Notes: generated from the letters alone by a model not told the origin. Shown: positions 36,962 to 47,836, counted from the stretch's first letter. The stretch: DNA of 64,000 nt from Promethearchaeati archaeon SRVP18_Atabeyarchaeia-1 (GCA_037308085.1 CP147779.1:1152001-1216000); one strand, 5' to 3'. Program-made: numbers and translations.

Positions 36962-39835
36962 ATGGTTTCACAAACCACTATCAGCGGCAAGGCTCGCAGA
37001 CGATCTCTAATTGAGATAATTAAAGGCTCACTGAGTGTCGACGAGATCGAGATCAAAATCCCTCAAGTGAGGGAGAGAGTCCGTGAGAAAGAAGAGAAGG
37101 ACAAGATTCTAGGTAAGACAGACGCAGCCCAGCTTGCCGAGTTAGCTCAACAATCCCCAAGCAGCTATCGGTTGTTGGAACTCCCAAGGGTACCATCGCG
37201 GAGCCCAATCAACATTAGAACGAGTAGAAACGATCTGCTTGAAATGATTAAGGGCTCCATGAGCGTTGAGGAAATCAAGAACAAGGTGGCGGAAATCAGA
37301 TCTAGAGAGAGGAGGATCAAACGGGCAAAACAACTCGCCACCCTTAGAAAAAACAAGGTCTTCGCAGTCTTCCTCCTATCGATTATCATGTACAGTAGCT
37401 TCGCCGTGGGCTCATTACTTGCCTACGATAACTGGAACCGAAGCTCGCAAGCTTCTCCGCTCACAGAGGATTGGAGTAGAACAGTAGGACTGAACCGATT
37501 TTACAGCTTCTATTCAGTCCAGCAGACACGTGATGGCGGCTACATCATGGCAGGAACCACAAGCCTTCTCAATCAATTTGTAGGCGATCTTTGCTTGGTA
37601 AAGACAGATTCAGCAGGCGACGTCCAGTGGAACAAGACATATGCGGGATGCCAATTCAGTCCACGTAACATTCGAGAAACCTCTGATGGCGGATACATAA
37701 TACTAGCATCATTAGATCAGATTTGTCTAGTCAAGACAGATTCAATTGGAGTAGTACAATGGAATAACACGTACACCCTTCAGGAAATTGGCGATCCTTA
37801 CGAAATCCTGCAGACATCTGATTTCGGGTATGTAGTCGGAGGATACGCACCCCAGTCTTATTCAGCAGTCTGCCTTGTCAAGATGGATTCAGGGGGGATT
37901 ATCGAGTGGAAGGAGACGTACGGTTCGATTAACTGTAATTACGGCATCTCTTCTATCTTGCAGGCAGCCGATAATGGATACGTGATAGGCGGATGGGTAT
38001 ATTCGTGGAGTTCCAGCCAATCCGATTTCTGGCTTGCCACGATAGACCAAAACGGCGGGATGAAGTGGAATAGGACGTACGGTGGTGCGGGAGATGACTG
38101 GGGGGAAACCGTCCTTATAGCGGATGACGGTTGTTTTGTTATGTCGGGGGAAACATCCCCATTCGATCCAATCGTTCAAGAAGCCTTGCTCATCAGGACG
38201 GATCCTCTTGGCAACATGGAGTGGAACGAGACATACTCAGTGAATTTTGGCGACCCAAAACTCCACTTCTCCGTCAGTAGCGCTTCTGTTTTACAGACAC
38301 TTGACCACGGGTACATCATGGCTGGTGCCTACAATGGGGGCTTTTGGCTTGTAAGAACGGATGCAAATGGAACTGAACAGTGGCTCATGACGATTGCTGA
38401 GTTAGTTGATAGCTACTTGTACTCTATCTTCCTCGCATCCGGTGGAGGGTATGTCATCGCCGGCGAGACAGGCGTAAGCGTGCCATCCGGGGAATATTTG
38501 TGTACCTCCATGATAGTAGAGACGGATTCAAGCGGAATCGCACAGTGGAGCAGGACGTTCGGATGCCATCAGCCAGGCTTTCCTGTGCCAAGATATGGTC
38601 ATCAGTTATCCGACGTCTCACGGGCCTTCTCCTTGTATAGCCAAGTCTATTTGGCAAGCTCCCTCCTTCAAACGCCCGATGGCGGATATGTCGTGGCTGG
38701 GACTGGGTGTCGGCTTGGTACTAAGGGAACCGAGATGACTTTGACTAAGCTAGATTCAAGTGGAGCAGTCCGGTGGAATAAGGTGTATGATGAAAAATAC
38801 TTTGATCTAGTAGTCTCTGTCCTGCAGACATCTGATGGAGGATACGTCATAGCCGGATCAACGTGCTCATGGGGATATTTCGGTTATTGGCTTGTCAAAA
38901 CAGATTCAGAAGGCGTTATGCAGTGGGATAGGGTGTATAGCGACGTGATGGATGCGTATCTATCCTCAGTGGCGCCGACGTCTGACGGTGGGTGCATTTT
39001 GATTGGATCAGAGGAGGGGGCTGGTTCTCGCACATGGGTCGTCAAGACAGATTCAAGTGGAACCATGCAGTGGAGCAGGAACTATGACAACACCATGGGT
39101 GGATCTCTGTCAAGCATCGTAGAGACATCTGATGGTGGATATGCTATGACAGGATACACCTATTTGAATGACGTGCCCTATGTTCAACTCTTAAAGACAG
39201 ATTCTAATGGGAGCATACAGCTAAACAAAGTAGTCGAAGGAACTCAAAATAGTGAGGGCTCATGCATCCTAGGGACATCAAACGGCGGATACATTGTCGC
39301 AGGAAAGACCTATACTACTTTTCAATTTATCCTGCTCATCAAGGTAGATTCAGGTGGCATTCCACAGTGGAACAAGACATATGAAGAAGGATACATCGAG
39401 TCTGTGACCGATCTCCATCAGACCCTCGATGGCGGATACATCATAGGCGCAACAATGTCCCCGCAGGCTGTCTTATCACCGAATACAATAGCAGGACCAA
39501 AAGACTTGCTCGCAGGTGGGGACCATGCTTACCTTCTTGTCAAGGCTAATTCAGACGGTGAAATGCAGTGGAACATGGCATTGGGGCGTGCTGGATGCGA
39601 CTTCGGGTTTTCAGCCCTCCAGACTTCTGGCGGTGGGTACATAGTGGCTTGGTACGCGGGGGGATCTGCTTCCGACACTGGTGGTCTAAGGATAGCGAAG
39701 CTGTCAGGACTACCTCTTCAGACTCGAGTGGCCATATTCCTCGCGGGATTCGGCGGTGCAACCATTCTATTCGTCTGCTTCCTCACCCTGTTATGTAGGA
39801 GGGAGGAAACGAAGAACTCCATAAGGGCAGCCTAG
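36962..39835 (+). CDS. membrane-anchored beta-propeller repeat protein
   Basis: many QTSDGGY..AG / LVKTDS.G..QWNKTY repeats lying between two hydrophobic segments. Confidence 0.8.
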   Translation: MVSQTTISGKARRRSLIEIIKGSLSVDEIEIKIPQVRERVREKEEKDKILGKTDAAQLAELAQQSPSSYRLLELPRVPSRSPINIRTSRNDLLEMIKGSMSVEEIKNKVAEIRSRERRIKRAKQLATLRKNKVFAVFLLSIIMYSSFAVGSLLAYDNWNRSSQASPLTEDWSRTVGLNRFYSFYSVQQTRDGGYIMAGTTSLLNQFVGDLCLVKTDSAGDVQWNKTYAGCQFSPRNIRETSDGGYIILASLDQICLVKTDSIGVVQWNNTYTLQEIGDPYEILQTSDFGYVVGGYAPQSYSAVCLVKMDSGGIIEWKETYGSINCNYGISSILQAADNGYVIGGWVYSWSSSQSDFWLATIDQNGGMKWNRTYGGAGDDWGETVLIADDGCFVMSGETSPFDPIVQEALLIRTDPLGNMEWNETYSVNFGDPKLHFSVSSASVLQTLDHGYIMAGAYNGGFWLVRTDANGTEQWLMTIAELVDSYLYSIFLASGGGYVIAGETGVSVPSGEYLCTSMIVETDSSGIAQWSRTFGCHQPGFPVPRYGHQLSDVSRAFSLYSQVYLASSLLQTPDGGYVVAGTGCRLGTKGTEMTLTKLDSSGAVRWNKVYDEKYFDLVVSVLQTSDGGYVIAGSTCSWGYFGYWLVKTDSEGVMQWDRVYSDVMDAYLSSVAPTSDGGCILIGSEEGAGSRTWVVKTDSSGTMQWSRNYDNTMGGSLSSIVETSDGGYAMTGYTYLNDVPYVQLLKTDSNGSIQLNKVVEGTQNSEGSCILGTSNGGYIVAGKTYTTFQFILLIKVDSGGIPQWNKTYEEGYIESVTDLHQTLDGGYIIGATMSPQAVLSPNTIAGPKDLLAGGDHAYLLVKANSDGEMQWNMALGRAGCDFGFSALQTSGGGYIVAWYAGGSASDTGGLRIAKLSGLPLQTRVAIFLAGFGGATILFVCFLTLLCRREETKNSIRAA

Positions 39836-39912
39836 ATGGAGAAAGTCTTCTGACGGAATTCAATGCGTTTTCCTATCAAGGTCTTCGACCGAAGACTTGA
39901 TTCGGGAACTCA

Positions 39913-40677
39913 TCAGGATCCAACAAACTTCAAGATCACGTCGTTCACGTACTCTGGCTTCTCCAGCATATTCACGTGCCCAGCGCCGGGGATGACTTCG
40001 AGTTTTGATCCTTCAATGTTCTCGTGTAGGAATTGCGCCATCGGTTTAGTAATTAGCAGGTCATCCGCCCCCATGATTATTAGTGTAGGTGCCTTGATCT
40101 TTCCGATCTTGCCGCTGAAATCAACTTCGCCTGTAGCCTCATAATCGTCAGTTGCAGCCTCGCGGTTAGTCTGCAGGTCCATTTGCACGTGTTGTTGGAC
40201 CAGAGCCGGGTTGGTCTTCATCGTTTTCTTTGAGAAGGACAACTCTGAGAGTAGCTTCTGAGTAGATTCGAAGTGAGTGCGGTAGAGGTCTAATGCCTCC
40301 GGTGAAACGGGTACCTTTGCTGCTGTGTCATGCAGTATGAGTCTCTCAACTAGCTGAGGGTACTTAAAGCATAATTGCTGAACGACCAGCCCACCCATAG
40401 AGGTTCCGCCTATTACCGCCTTTGCTAGCCGAATCCTCTTCATGAAGCTGGCGCAGTGGTCAGCATAGCGCTCTATTGTTCCTCTTCCGCTCAGAGCCTC
40501 CGTCTCTCCATGCCCAGGCAGGTCAATTGCGAGGACTCTCACCTTCTTTGAAAGCCCTTCGAGCTGGTTAACCCATATGCGAGTGCTGCTACATGCCCCG
40601 TGTACAAGGAGCAAGGGTTTTCCCTTTCCTACATCCTCGTAGAAAGTTTTCAGGCCATCAACTTTCACGAAAGGCAT
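39913..40677 (-). CDS. alpha/beta hydrolase
   Basis: GTSMGG, DLPGHG, GADD, AGH. Confidence 0.9.
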   Translation of the reverse strand: MPFVKVDGLKTFYEDVGKGKPLLLVHGACSSTRIWVNQLEGLSKKVRVLAIDLPGHGETEALSGRGTIERYADHCASFMKRIRLAKAVIGGTSMGGLVVQQLCFKYPQLVERLILHDTAAKVPVSPEALDLYRTHFESTQKLLSELSFSKKTMKTNPALVQQHVQMDLQTNREAATDDYEATGEVDFSGKIGKIKAPTLIIMGADDLLITKPMAQFLHENIEGSKLEVIPGAGHVNMLEKPEYVNDVILKFVGS

Positions 40678-40752
40678 GATGAACTCACCACTCCCAGAAC
40701 CTATTAATGGTATTTAGCCGCTGATACTGCATTCAGTTTCAGCCATTGAGTA

Positions 40753-41520
40753 CTAGCCTCTGAGGAACTTCAAAATCGCTTCGTTGAACTTTTCTGGCTG
40801 CTCCAGCATGGGCATATGCCCTGAATCAGAAATAACTTCGAGCTTTGATCCTTTGATACTTTGTTGCAGGAATTGCGCCATTGAGAGAGGCAACAAGTCA
40901 TCTGCCCCATGAATTATCAAGGTTGGGGCGGCGATCTCGCTGAGCCTTTTTCCAAGGTCTACACCCGCGACAGCCTGGAAGTCGTCAGCCAGGATGTTGA
41001 TGTCGAAACTCGGACTCTGCATAAGGTGCTTCATGACGAAAGCCATTTTCTTCTGGTCCGATACGGTCTTCTCAGAAAGAAGCATGTTCAAGATCTGTAT
41101 GCCGAATTCAGCTCCTTGACTGCGAACTCGGTCAGCGAATCCACCTTGACCGGGGAATCTGGCGCCACTGTCAACTATGATAAGCTTCTCGACAAGTTCA
41201 GGGCGTTCTATAGCGAGCTCTTGAGCTACTGCACCTCCCATTGAGTGACCAAGCACGAAAGCCCGGTCAAGTCTGACCTGTTTCATGAAGACTGCGACAT
41301 GTTCTGCGTACTGCTGTATGCTTGCCCTCTCCTTTAGATGGTCTGACTTACCATGACCCGGCAGATCAATCGCGATGACCATGAAGTTCCTTGATAGCTT
41401 CGAAAGCTGGACACCCCAGTATCCGCTACTCCCGCCAGCCCCGTGAATAAGGAGCAATGGTTTTCCTCTTCCTTTCGATTCGTAGAATGTCTTCAAGCCT
41501 TTTACGTCAATGAACGGCAT
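40753..41520 (-). CDS. alpha/beta hydrolase (tandem paralogue of 39913-40677)
   Basis: GHSMGG, DLPGHG, GADD, SGH; near-identical N-terminus to its neighbour. Confidence 0.9.
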   Translation of the reverse strand: MPFIDVKGLKTFYESKGRGKPLLLIHGAGGSSGYWGVQLSKLSRNFMVIAIDLPGHGKSDHLKERASIQQYAEHVAVFMKQVRLDRAFVLGHSMGGAVAQELAIERPELVEKLIIVDSGARFPGQGGFADRVRSQGAEFGIQILNMLLSEKTVSDQKKMAFVMKHLMQSPSFDINILADDFQAVAGVDLGKRLSEIAAPTLIIHGADDLLPLSMAQFLQQSIKGSKLEVISDSGHMPMLEQPEKFNEAILKFLRG

Positions 41521-41700
41521 TGCGAAATCACATCACTAACTTCCGTCAGTGGCAACCATACATAGAGGAGGCGAGGCTCTTAGTCTTAACCATCCAACAT
41601 ATTCCGATTCGCGATGAACGGGTCGCTCTGCGCTCCCAGTCTCGTGGACTGAGAGACCAAGGGGCAATAACGATCAGACACGAGTCGGGCACCGCGCAGA

Positions 41701-42876
41701 TCACGCAAGCAATCTCTTCATTTTCACCATGAAAGTTGTCGGGCAGTTCTGCTCCCGATACAGGATATCTAGAAGCTGCTGCTCTTTCCCCGCCTCTTTG
41801 GCACGTCTCCATGCTTCCGAGACGAGATTTCCTCCCTCGTAGTAGGTGAATAGATATGCCCGCCAAAAAGGGTCCAGCAGCCAGCGCATCCCAAGCTCAG
41901 ATTCATTTCTATCGTATGCCCCCTCGTCTAACATGTACTTCCTGGCATCTTCCACGCCGAGATGCTTGTCATGAACCATCAATGCAGCGTTGGCTCTAAT
42001 CGAACGTCTGAAAGTCATTTCAAGCGCCTGTATCTTATCTTCCGCCATAGATGGTTCGCCGAGGATGAACTTTGTGGAAGTGTCCGCCAGCCCCTCACTG
42101 ATCGTGGACTCCGGAGTATTCGACAACATAATACATGATTCCCGCTGATTCTTGCCTCTGTAAAGTTCAAGCTCCTTGAGAACGTGTTCCGTATGGTGAC
42201 CCGGATAAGTCTGGTGCGTCACGTGAATCGGTAACGAGGCAGAAATAAGCGGATAGTCGACGTTCAGCCTGAATAGCGATTTGTAGTTACCAAGATACTT
42301 ATTATCTGAGCTGTAAGGTCTATTCACGAGTCTGTCGAACTCAACTTCTTCTCCAGGCGGCAGCTGAAAAACCCTCCGCGTGTGTTCTCTGGCCTCTGCC
42401 ACTAGATTGTAGAAGATCGCCTTCAGCCTCTCTCCGGAAATAAGCCTCTTCTTCTCAAATTCCAGAAGCATCTCAGCCAGACTGCCTTGATACCCCTTCC
42501 TCCTGAGAAGGCTTTCAAGTTCTCCTCTCAGTTCGGAGATCTCTTGCTGCTTCACGTCCTTTGGCTCAATGTCCAACGTGCTACTCACGAACTCCCGGTA
42601 GGACATTCTCAGGCCCATCTGAACCCTAGCGTGGGCATGGATTGCCCTTATCTGCTTCAACAGGAAGGTCTTTCTCATCTCATCAATTGGCTCCGACGCA
42701 ACCTGTTTCCTGAGCTCCTCGAGTTCGAAGAGTATCTCGCCCATTGGTTTCAAGTGTTCCTTGTCCACCAATTCAGCTAGTTCCTGCGGTCCAAAGTAAG
42801 AATCTACAAGGCCGTCAACATGTCTTCCAAGCCTTAAGGAAACGACCACGAACTTGCTAGAAAAATCTGCTTCCAT
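41701..42876 (-). CDS. DUF885-like protein
   Basis: VDSYFGP N-terminus, HQTYPGHHTE, ISEGLA, AYLFTYYEG. Confidence 0.7.
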   Translation of the reverse strand: MEADFSSKFVVVSLRLGRHVDGLVDSYFGPQELAELVDKEHLKPMGEILFELEELRKQVASEPIDEMRKTFLLKQIRAIHAHARVQMGLRMSYREFVSSTLDIEPKDVKQQEISELRGELESLLRRKGYQGSLAEMLLEFEKKRLISGERLKAIFYNLVAEAREHTRRVFQLPPGEEVEFDRLVNRPYSSDNKYLGNYKSLFRLNVDYPLISASLPIHVTHQTYPGHHTEHVLKELELYRGKNQRESCIMLSNTPESTISEGLADTSTKFILGEPSMAEDKIQALEMTFRRSIRANAALMVHDKHLGVEDARKYMLDEGAYDRNESELGMRWLLDPFWRAYLFTYYEGGNLVSEAWRRAKEAGKEQQLLDILYREQNCPTTFMVKMKRLLA

Positions 42877-43093
42877 CTATCCCGGAGCACCTCTGGGCAA
42901 ATAACAAGAAAGGCTGTTGCTCAGATATAACATTTGGCAATTTTGGATTGAGCCCTCTGCATTATGGCGAACTGATAGCCTTAATAGATGGTGGAAATAC
43001 TCTTGCAACTAAGTTGCTACAAGCTTTCGCCCGAATTCAGGTGCGATCAGACTGTAGCACCGTCAATACGTAAGCGCAGAGGTAAGGTGGCAC

Positions 43094-45565
43094 ATGGCCA
43101 AGCGAGGGCGTGATGGAAGCAGACTTGATCTCACCGTTGCGGATGACGGGACTATTGAAATATCCAATCAATTCGAAGCCTTCAAGTTTGAGCTGGGCGC
43201 CGGCAAGTTCAGCATAATTCCAAAGGGGAATTCTGGTGCTTCAATTCGGGGCGCTTTCTCACGCGTGGTTTTGAGTGATGGAGCGAAATTCAATACGAGC
43301 GATAAATGGGCTACAAGAACGTGGGAAAAGACTAGGACCGGCAAGGGTGGTAAACAGGGGATTTGTCTAGAGGTTTCCTATGGCGGCTCTCCGGACAAGA
43401 AGCTCGGCAGTGGCTCGCTGATTCTCTCAGCAGAGGTATTTGCCAAGAATCCCGCGATTCTTCTTGGGCTACAACTCAAAAACAGTAGTGGCAAGCCAGT
43501 AAGGGTCAAGGAGTTCCAGCCCCTTGTTGTCGAGGTTGCCGATGGTGGCTCCTTTGAACTTGGCTCAGGCATTAAGACTTGGCGATTCCTCAAGAATGGA
43601 TACCAGACTTCAACTCCATGCAACTCTTTATCTCTCACCGAGTTAGACAAGACTTGTTCTGTTGATCTCTTTAGGAATAACTACAACCCGCGCTCCAGAC
43701 TTAATCCAGTCAAGGGGGAGTTCGAGAGCGATTGGGTGACAGCATTCAAAGACAACGCGAGTGGCAACTCTGCCGTTGTAGGCTTTGTAACCATGACGGA
43801 CAACATGTGTCAAGTAGATTTCAAGGTGGACGACGCGCAGAGCAGAATAGATGGTCTCTGGGCTAGATCAGTCTGCGACGACATCATATGTGACCACGGC
43901 GGTTCCCTCAAATCTGAAAAAGCACTAGTCGATCTAGCAGGTCAAGTCAATGAAGCCCTCGAACGTTATGCGGGTTGCGTGTCAGCTGCGATGAATGCTG
44001 TCCCGTGGAAGAAAGTCTTAACTGGTTGGTGTTCTTGGTACGAGTTCTTCGAAAGAATATCTGAAGAACTCATACTGAATGTGGTAGAATACTACCGAAA
44101 GAACCGCGAGAAGTACGCGATAGACTTCATCCAAGTTGACGATGGCTACTTCGTTCACAGGGGGGATTGGACAACTCCCAGCGAACTGTTTCCCCACGGG
44201 ATGAAATTCATCGCTGACAAAATCAAGGCTGCAGGTTTCAAGCCTGGCATATGGCTATCACCATTCCAGATTAGTGGTGGATCCAAGCTTTTCAAGGAGC
44301 ACCCAGACTGGACCATCAAGGACAAGAAGGGTAGCCCCCTGGCAGAGGGCTTCGACGCCTCGATGAAGTACAGCTACTACTGTCTGGACTGCACAAATCC
44401 AGAAGTCATCAAGTGGATAAAGTCTCTATTCAAGGTGATAACGGCGGGGTGGGGCTACGAGTACCTGAAGATCGACTTCCTCTACGCTGCCGCAGCCGAT
44501 GGTACAAGACATGACAATAATGCAACCAGAGGTCAAGCTTTGAGGGCTGGACTTAAAGCGATTAGGGAAACAGTGGGCGACAAGACCCCAATACTTGGCT
44601 GCCTTGCGCCAATTGGACAAGCCGTCGGGATGGTGAATTCATACAGAGTCTCGCCGGACACCGCCACAAGATGGAAATCACCTTGGCCTTTCGACTGCGG
44701 TCCGGCTCTCAGAGACGCTATGAGAAACACGATCCTCAGATACTTCATGCACAACCAGTTCTGGGCTAATGACCCTGACTGCGTGATCGCAAGAAGAGGA
44801 AAGGAACGATCAGAGTACCCGAAGTCAGCCGAGATTGAATACTTGGCGCAGGGTGGAACGATAAGTGAAGAAGAAGTGAGATTCGAGTTCACGGTGCTCG
44901 GCATTCTTGGAGGTCCATTGATTTACTCGGATGACCCAATTCACCTCCCACCGGAGCGAGAGAAGTACCTCCCATTGCTCTTGCCACCATACGAGGGAAA
45001 AGCCAGGGTGGTAGATCTACTGGAGGAAGCCTTGCCTCGTATCTTGGACTTGAGGATTAGCAGAGACTACGACAAATGGGATCTTGTAGGGCTTCTCAAC
45101 TGGGGAGAGTCGCCCTCAGATGCACAACTTGAATTCACCAAAATCGGATTGAAGAAGGAAGTTGATTACCACGTGTTCAGCTTCTGGGACGAGAGATACC
45201 TTGGCAGAGTTAAAGATGGGGTCGTCGTTAAGAACATACCAGCACATTCAGCAAGCCTCCTCTCTATAAGAGAGGCTCGCATTCGACCGCAGCTCGTTTC
45301 TTCAAACATTCACATCACGCAGGGCGCAGCAGAAGTGAGTGGATGCACATGGAACGAGAAGACGAAGGCGCTAGAAGTCACGCTTAATCACCCTGGCAGG
45401 AGAAGCGGGAGAATCTTTGTTCACGTCCCTCCTCCCTTTAAATTCAGATCGATTACGCCAGAAGACACCAAACTGACTTTGCAGAAAGCGGGGGGAGACG
45501 AGACATTACTAACAGCCGAGCTAGACTTTAAGCAGACTGTGCGGTTGTCGATCACATTCGACTAG
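43094..45565 (+). CDS. glycoside hydrolase family 36 (alpha-galactosidase-like)
   Basis: GWCSWY, QVDDGY, PGIWLSPF, YLKIDF, RVSPD, NDPD. Confidence 0.88.
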   Translation: MAKRGRDGSRLDLTVADDGTIEISNQFEAFKFELGAGKFSIIPKGNSGASIRGAFSRVVLSDGAKFNTSDKWATRTWEKTRTGKGGKQGICLEVSYGGSPDKKLGSGSLILSAEVFAKNPAILLGLQLKNSSGKPVRVKEFQPLVVEVADGGSFELGSGIKTWRFLKNGYQTSTPCNSLSLTELDKTCSVDLFRNNYNPRSRLNPVKGEFESDWVTAFKDNASGNSAVVGFVTMTDNMCQVDFKVDDAQSRIDGLWARSVCDDIICDHGGSLKSEKALVDLAGQVNEALERYAGCVSAAMNAVPWKKVLTGWCSWYEFFERISEELILNVVEYYRKNREKYAIDFIQVDDGYFVHRGDWTTPSELFPHGMKFIADKIKAAGFKPGIWLSPFQISGGSKLFKEHPDWTIKDKKGSPLAEGFDASMKYSYYCLDCTNPEVIKWIKSLFKVITAGWGYEYLKIDFLYAAAADGTRHDNNATRGQALRAGLKAIRETVGDKTPILGCLAPIGQAVGMVNSYRVSPDTATRWKSPWPFDCGPALRDAMRNTILRYFMHNQFWANDPDCVIARRGKERSEYPKSAEIEYLAQGGTISEEEVRFEFTVLGILGGPLIYSDDPIHLPPEREKYLPLLLPPYEGKARVVDLLEEALPRILDLRISRDYDKWDLVGLLNWGESPSDAQLEFTKIGLKKEVDYHVFSFWDERYLGRVKDGVVVKNIPAHSASLLSIREARIRPQLVSSNIHITQGAAEVSGCTWNEKTKALEVTLNHPGRRSGRIFVHVPPPFKFRSITPEDTKLTLQKAGGDETLLTAELDFKQTVRLSITFD

Positions 45566-45623
45566 GTATAAGCATTCTTCCAAGATTCGGAGCGAAACCA
45601 TTGCCCTGTCCTGTCACCCAGGA

Positions 45624-46964
45624 GTGGTGAATAGAGTGGCGACTATTCATAATGATCCCGAAAGGTTGTTTGCCGCTTCAGCGCCCGGAAGAGCTGATTT
45701 TCTGAATACGCATCAAGACTACAAGGGATTGCCCGTTGTCCCCGTAGCGCTGGATCTGCGGACATACATGGTCGCTGCCAAGACAAGCTCATCTGGAACC
45801 ATAGAAGCTGTCTCGCTGGATCTTGAAGAAAAAGGTGAAGACCATGAGGAGACCTTCATCATTGGAGAAGACCTGGTGTACGGCGAGAAAGGTTCCTTCG
45901 GCAATTACCTCAGGGCAGTGGCTAAGGTGGCTTTGGCCACAGGAAGAAAAACATCGGCGAGACACGAGACCAAAAGTTTTGGTCTGAGTGTCTTGATCAA
46001 GAGCCAAGTTCCTGTGTCCGCAGGATTAGGCAGTAGCGCTGCCCTTGAAATATGCTTTGCCACACTGCTGAACAAAGCTTATGGCTTGAGGCTTGGCCCA
46101 AAGGGTCTGGCAGAAGTCGGTTTCCAGGCTGAGAATGTTGAACTTGGGATACCTTGTGGACGCCTAGACCAGTATGGCTCGTCCTTCGGAGGAGTCATAA
46201 TCGTTGAGTGCAGGCCTCCCTACAGCGTTAGGCGAATCCCATTCAAGAATCTATGGTTTGTCGTAGTTGATACAGGTATAAGACACTCCACTGCGAAGAT
46301 TCACCCTGTCCGTCAGGGTGAGTTAAATCGAGGGCTCAAGGCTCTCCTTGAGAACAAGTCGATAGGTGGCGAATTGAGGAATAAGCTTTCCCCGCGCTTC
46401 GACGAGGCAAAGTGGAGCGAGTTGTCTGAAGAAGAGCTTTCGCCATATCTCTCGACCCTAGACGAAGTATCCGAGAAACGCATATTGTTCACCCTTAGAA
46501 TGCAGAGGTCAACAGAACTGGCTCTCGCCATCATGGAGAAGGGTGCAAAAGCGAAAGAGTTCGTTTCCAAGGCGCAGAAGATCGCTGGACTGAAGGAGCT
46601 TCTTCCCTCTAGAGAATTCGAGTTTTCCCGCTCTCAGAATAGAATACTACAACTACTTGGTTCGATAATGAACTACCAACATCTTTTGCTCAGAGATCTG
46701 TACGATGTTAGCTTGCCTGAGATCGAGAACATAAGGGAAGCGATGCTCGGAGTCGAGGCTTATGGAGTCAAAATCTCTGGTGCAGGACTGGGTGGGTCGG
46801 TGATAGCCCTAGTCGGCGGCAAGAGCAACGGGAAAGCATCGCTTGAGACAGCGCTCAAGGCAGGCGCGAAACAAGGCTGGGTATCCAGCGTCGGCGCTGG
46901 AGCTAGAATTGAGAATGAAAAAGACATCAACATCCAACGTATCCTGAAGCAGCATCCAATCTAG
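45624..46964 (+). CDS. GHMP kinase, galactokinase-like
   Basis: SAPGRADF, PVSAGLGSSAA, CGRLDQY, KISGAGLGG; adjacent to GH36. Confidence 0.85.
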   Translation: MVNRVATIHNDPERLFAASAPGRADFLNTHQDYKGLPVVPVALDLRTYMVAAKTSSSGTIEAVSLDLEEKGEDHEETFIIGEDLVYGEKGSFGNYLRAVAKVALATGRKTSARHETKSFGLSVLIKSQVPVSAGLGSSAALEICFATLLNKAYGLRLGPKGLAEVGFQAENVELGIPCGRLDQYGSSFGGVIIVECRPPYSVRRIPFKNLWFVVVDTGIRHSTAKIHPVRQGELNRGLKALLENKSIGGELRNKLSPRFDEAKWSELSEEELSPYLSTLDEVSEKRILFTLRMQRSTELALAIMEKGAKAKEFVSKAQKIAGLKELLPSREFEFSRSQNRILQLLGSIMNYQHLLLRDLYDVSLPEIENIREAMLGVEAYGVKISGAGLGGSVIALVGGKSNGKASLETALKAGAKQGWVSSVGAGARIENEKDINIQRILKQHPI

Positions 46965-47836
46965 GATGCAGGACGCTTGGTCCCACCAGTAGAGCTGTCT
47001 TCGCTGCCATAAGCGGCAATGGACCCTGACAGCATGAGCTGCAATGTGTATTTGTCAGGGGTCGCTGGTTTCCTGTCAAGTGAGTTGTCGATGTAGAGAA
47101 GTGCTGCTCGTAGCCTATCGATCTCTGGGAGAGTATTCAACTTTGAAACTACCTCAACGATTAGCCTAACCCACTCGGAGAAATCTTGATGAAGGAATCT
47201 CCTGAAGAGGACGTTGATAGTTATCTTCCTATCAGGTGAGGAGACCTCCACGGGATATCCTAGATCCTTGTTTTCGTCAAAGCCCTTCATTTGATTACTC
47301 CCCACGGTTATGTTGACACCCTTGATGTATTTCAGATCGTTGACAACGGTTTGCGGAATACGTAGAGGCCCTGTTAGTTTGGATGGCTTCCCTTGCTGAC
47401 CTGATACTCGTTCTACCTCAGACATGATCAATGGATCGATAACTAGCTCAAAGTTCTTGAAGTCGATGGATGGGGGGTTCTTCTTGTCGGCTGTGACTCG
47501 AGCACCGTACATTGCTCTGAAGACTTCGCCGAGTCTTCTGAGGATTCGATTCATAGTAACCTCGTTGTCTCCCTTATCAAAAGCGAGGATAAACATCAGG
47601 TTACCGAACCCTCTAATTGAGAGCTTCATGTCCTCGGTAGAAAGTGAGTATGATGCGCCCAGGCTCATCGCCTTGTCGAGCTTCTCTTTGTCCGTGCTCA
47701 GCTCTCCGAGAAAAGTTGTAAGAGCGCTCATGTAACCGGAAAAAAGCTCCTCTCCCATACCCTGTTCCCTATAGTACTTACTGAAAATGGGAATCCCAGA
47801 GTCCTTGTCAATTACCCATAGGCCACGCGCGGGCAT
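46961..47836 (-). CDS. longin-like domain protein with unknown C-terminal domain
   Basis: LWVIDKDSGIPIFS...EELFSGYMSALTTFLGEL...FILAFD...F...Y pattern typical of Asgard longin/roadblock-like domains; start at ATG 47836. Confidence 0.7.
   Translation of the reverse strand: MPARGLWVIDKDSGIPIFSKYYREQGMGEELFSGYMSALTTFLGELSTDKEKLDKAMSLGASYSLSTEDMKLSIRGFGNLMFILAFDKGDNEVTMNRILRRLGEVFRAMYGARVTADKKNPPSIDFKNFELVIDPLIMSEVERVSGQQGKPSKLTGPLRIPQTVVNDLKYIKGVNITVGSNQMKGFDENKDLGYPVEVSSPDRKITINVLFRRFLHQDFSEWVRLIVEVVSKLNTLPEIDRLRAALLYIDNSLDRKPATPDKYTLQLMLSGSIAAYGSEDSSTGGTKRPAS

Noticed and set aside
37500-39700. Recurring GATGGCGGATA-like motifs as a possible CRISPR or DNA repeat array
   Set aside because: They are degenerate codons of the protein's propeller repeats, not identical repeats with spacers.
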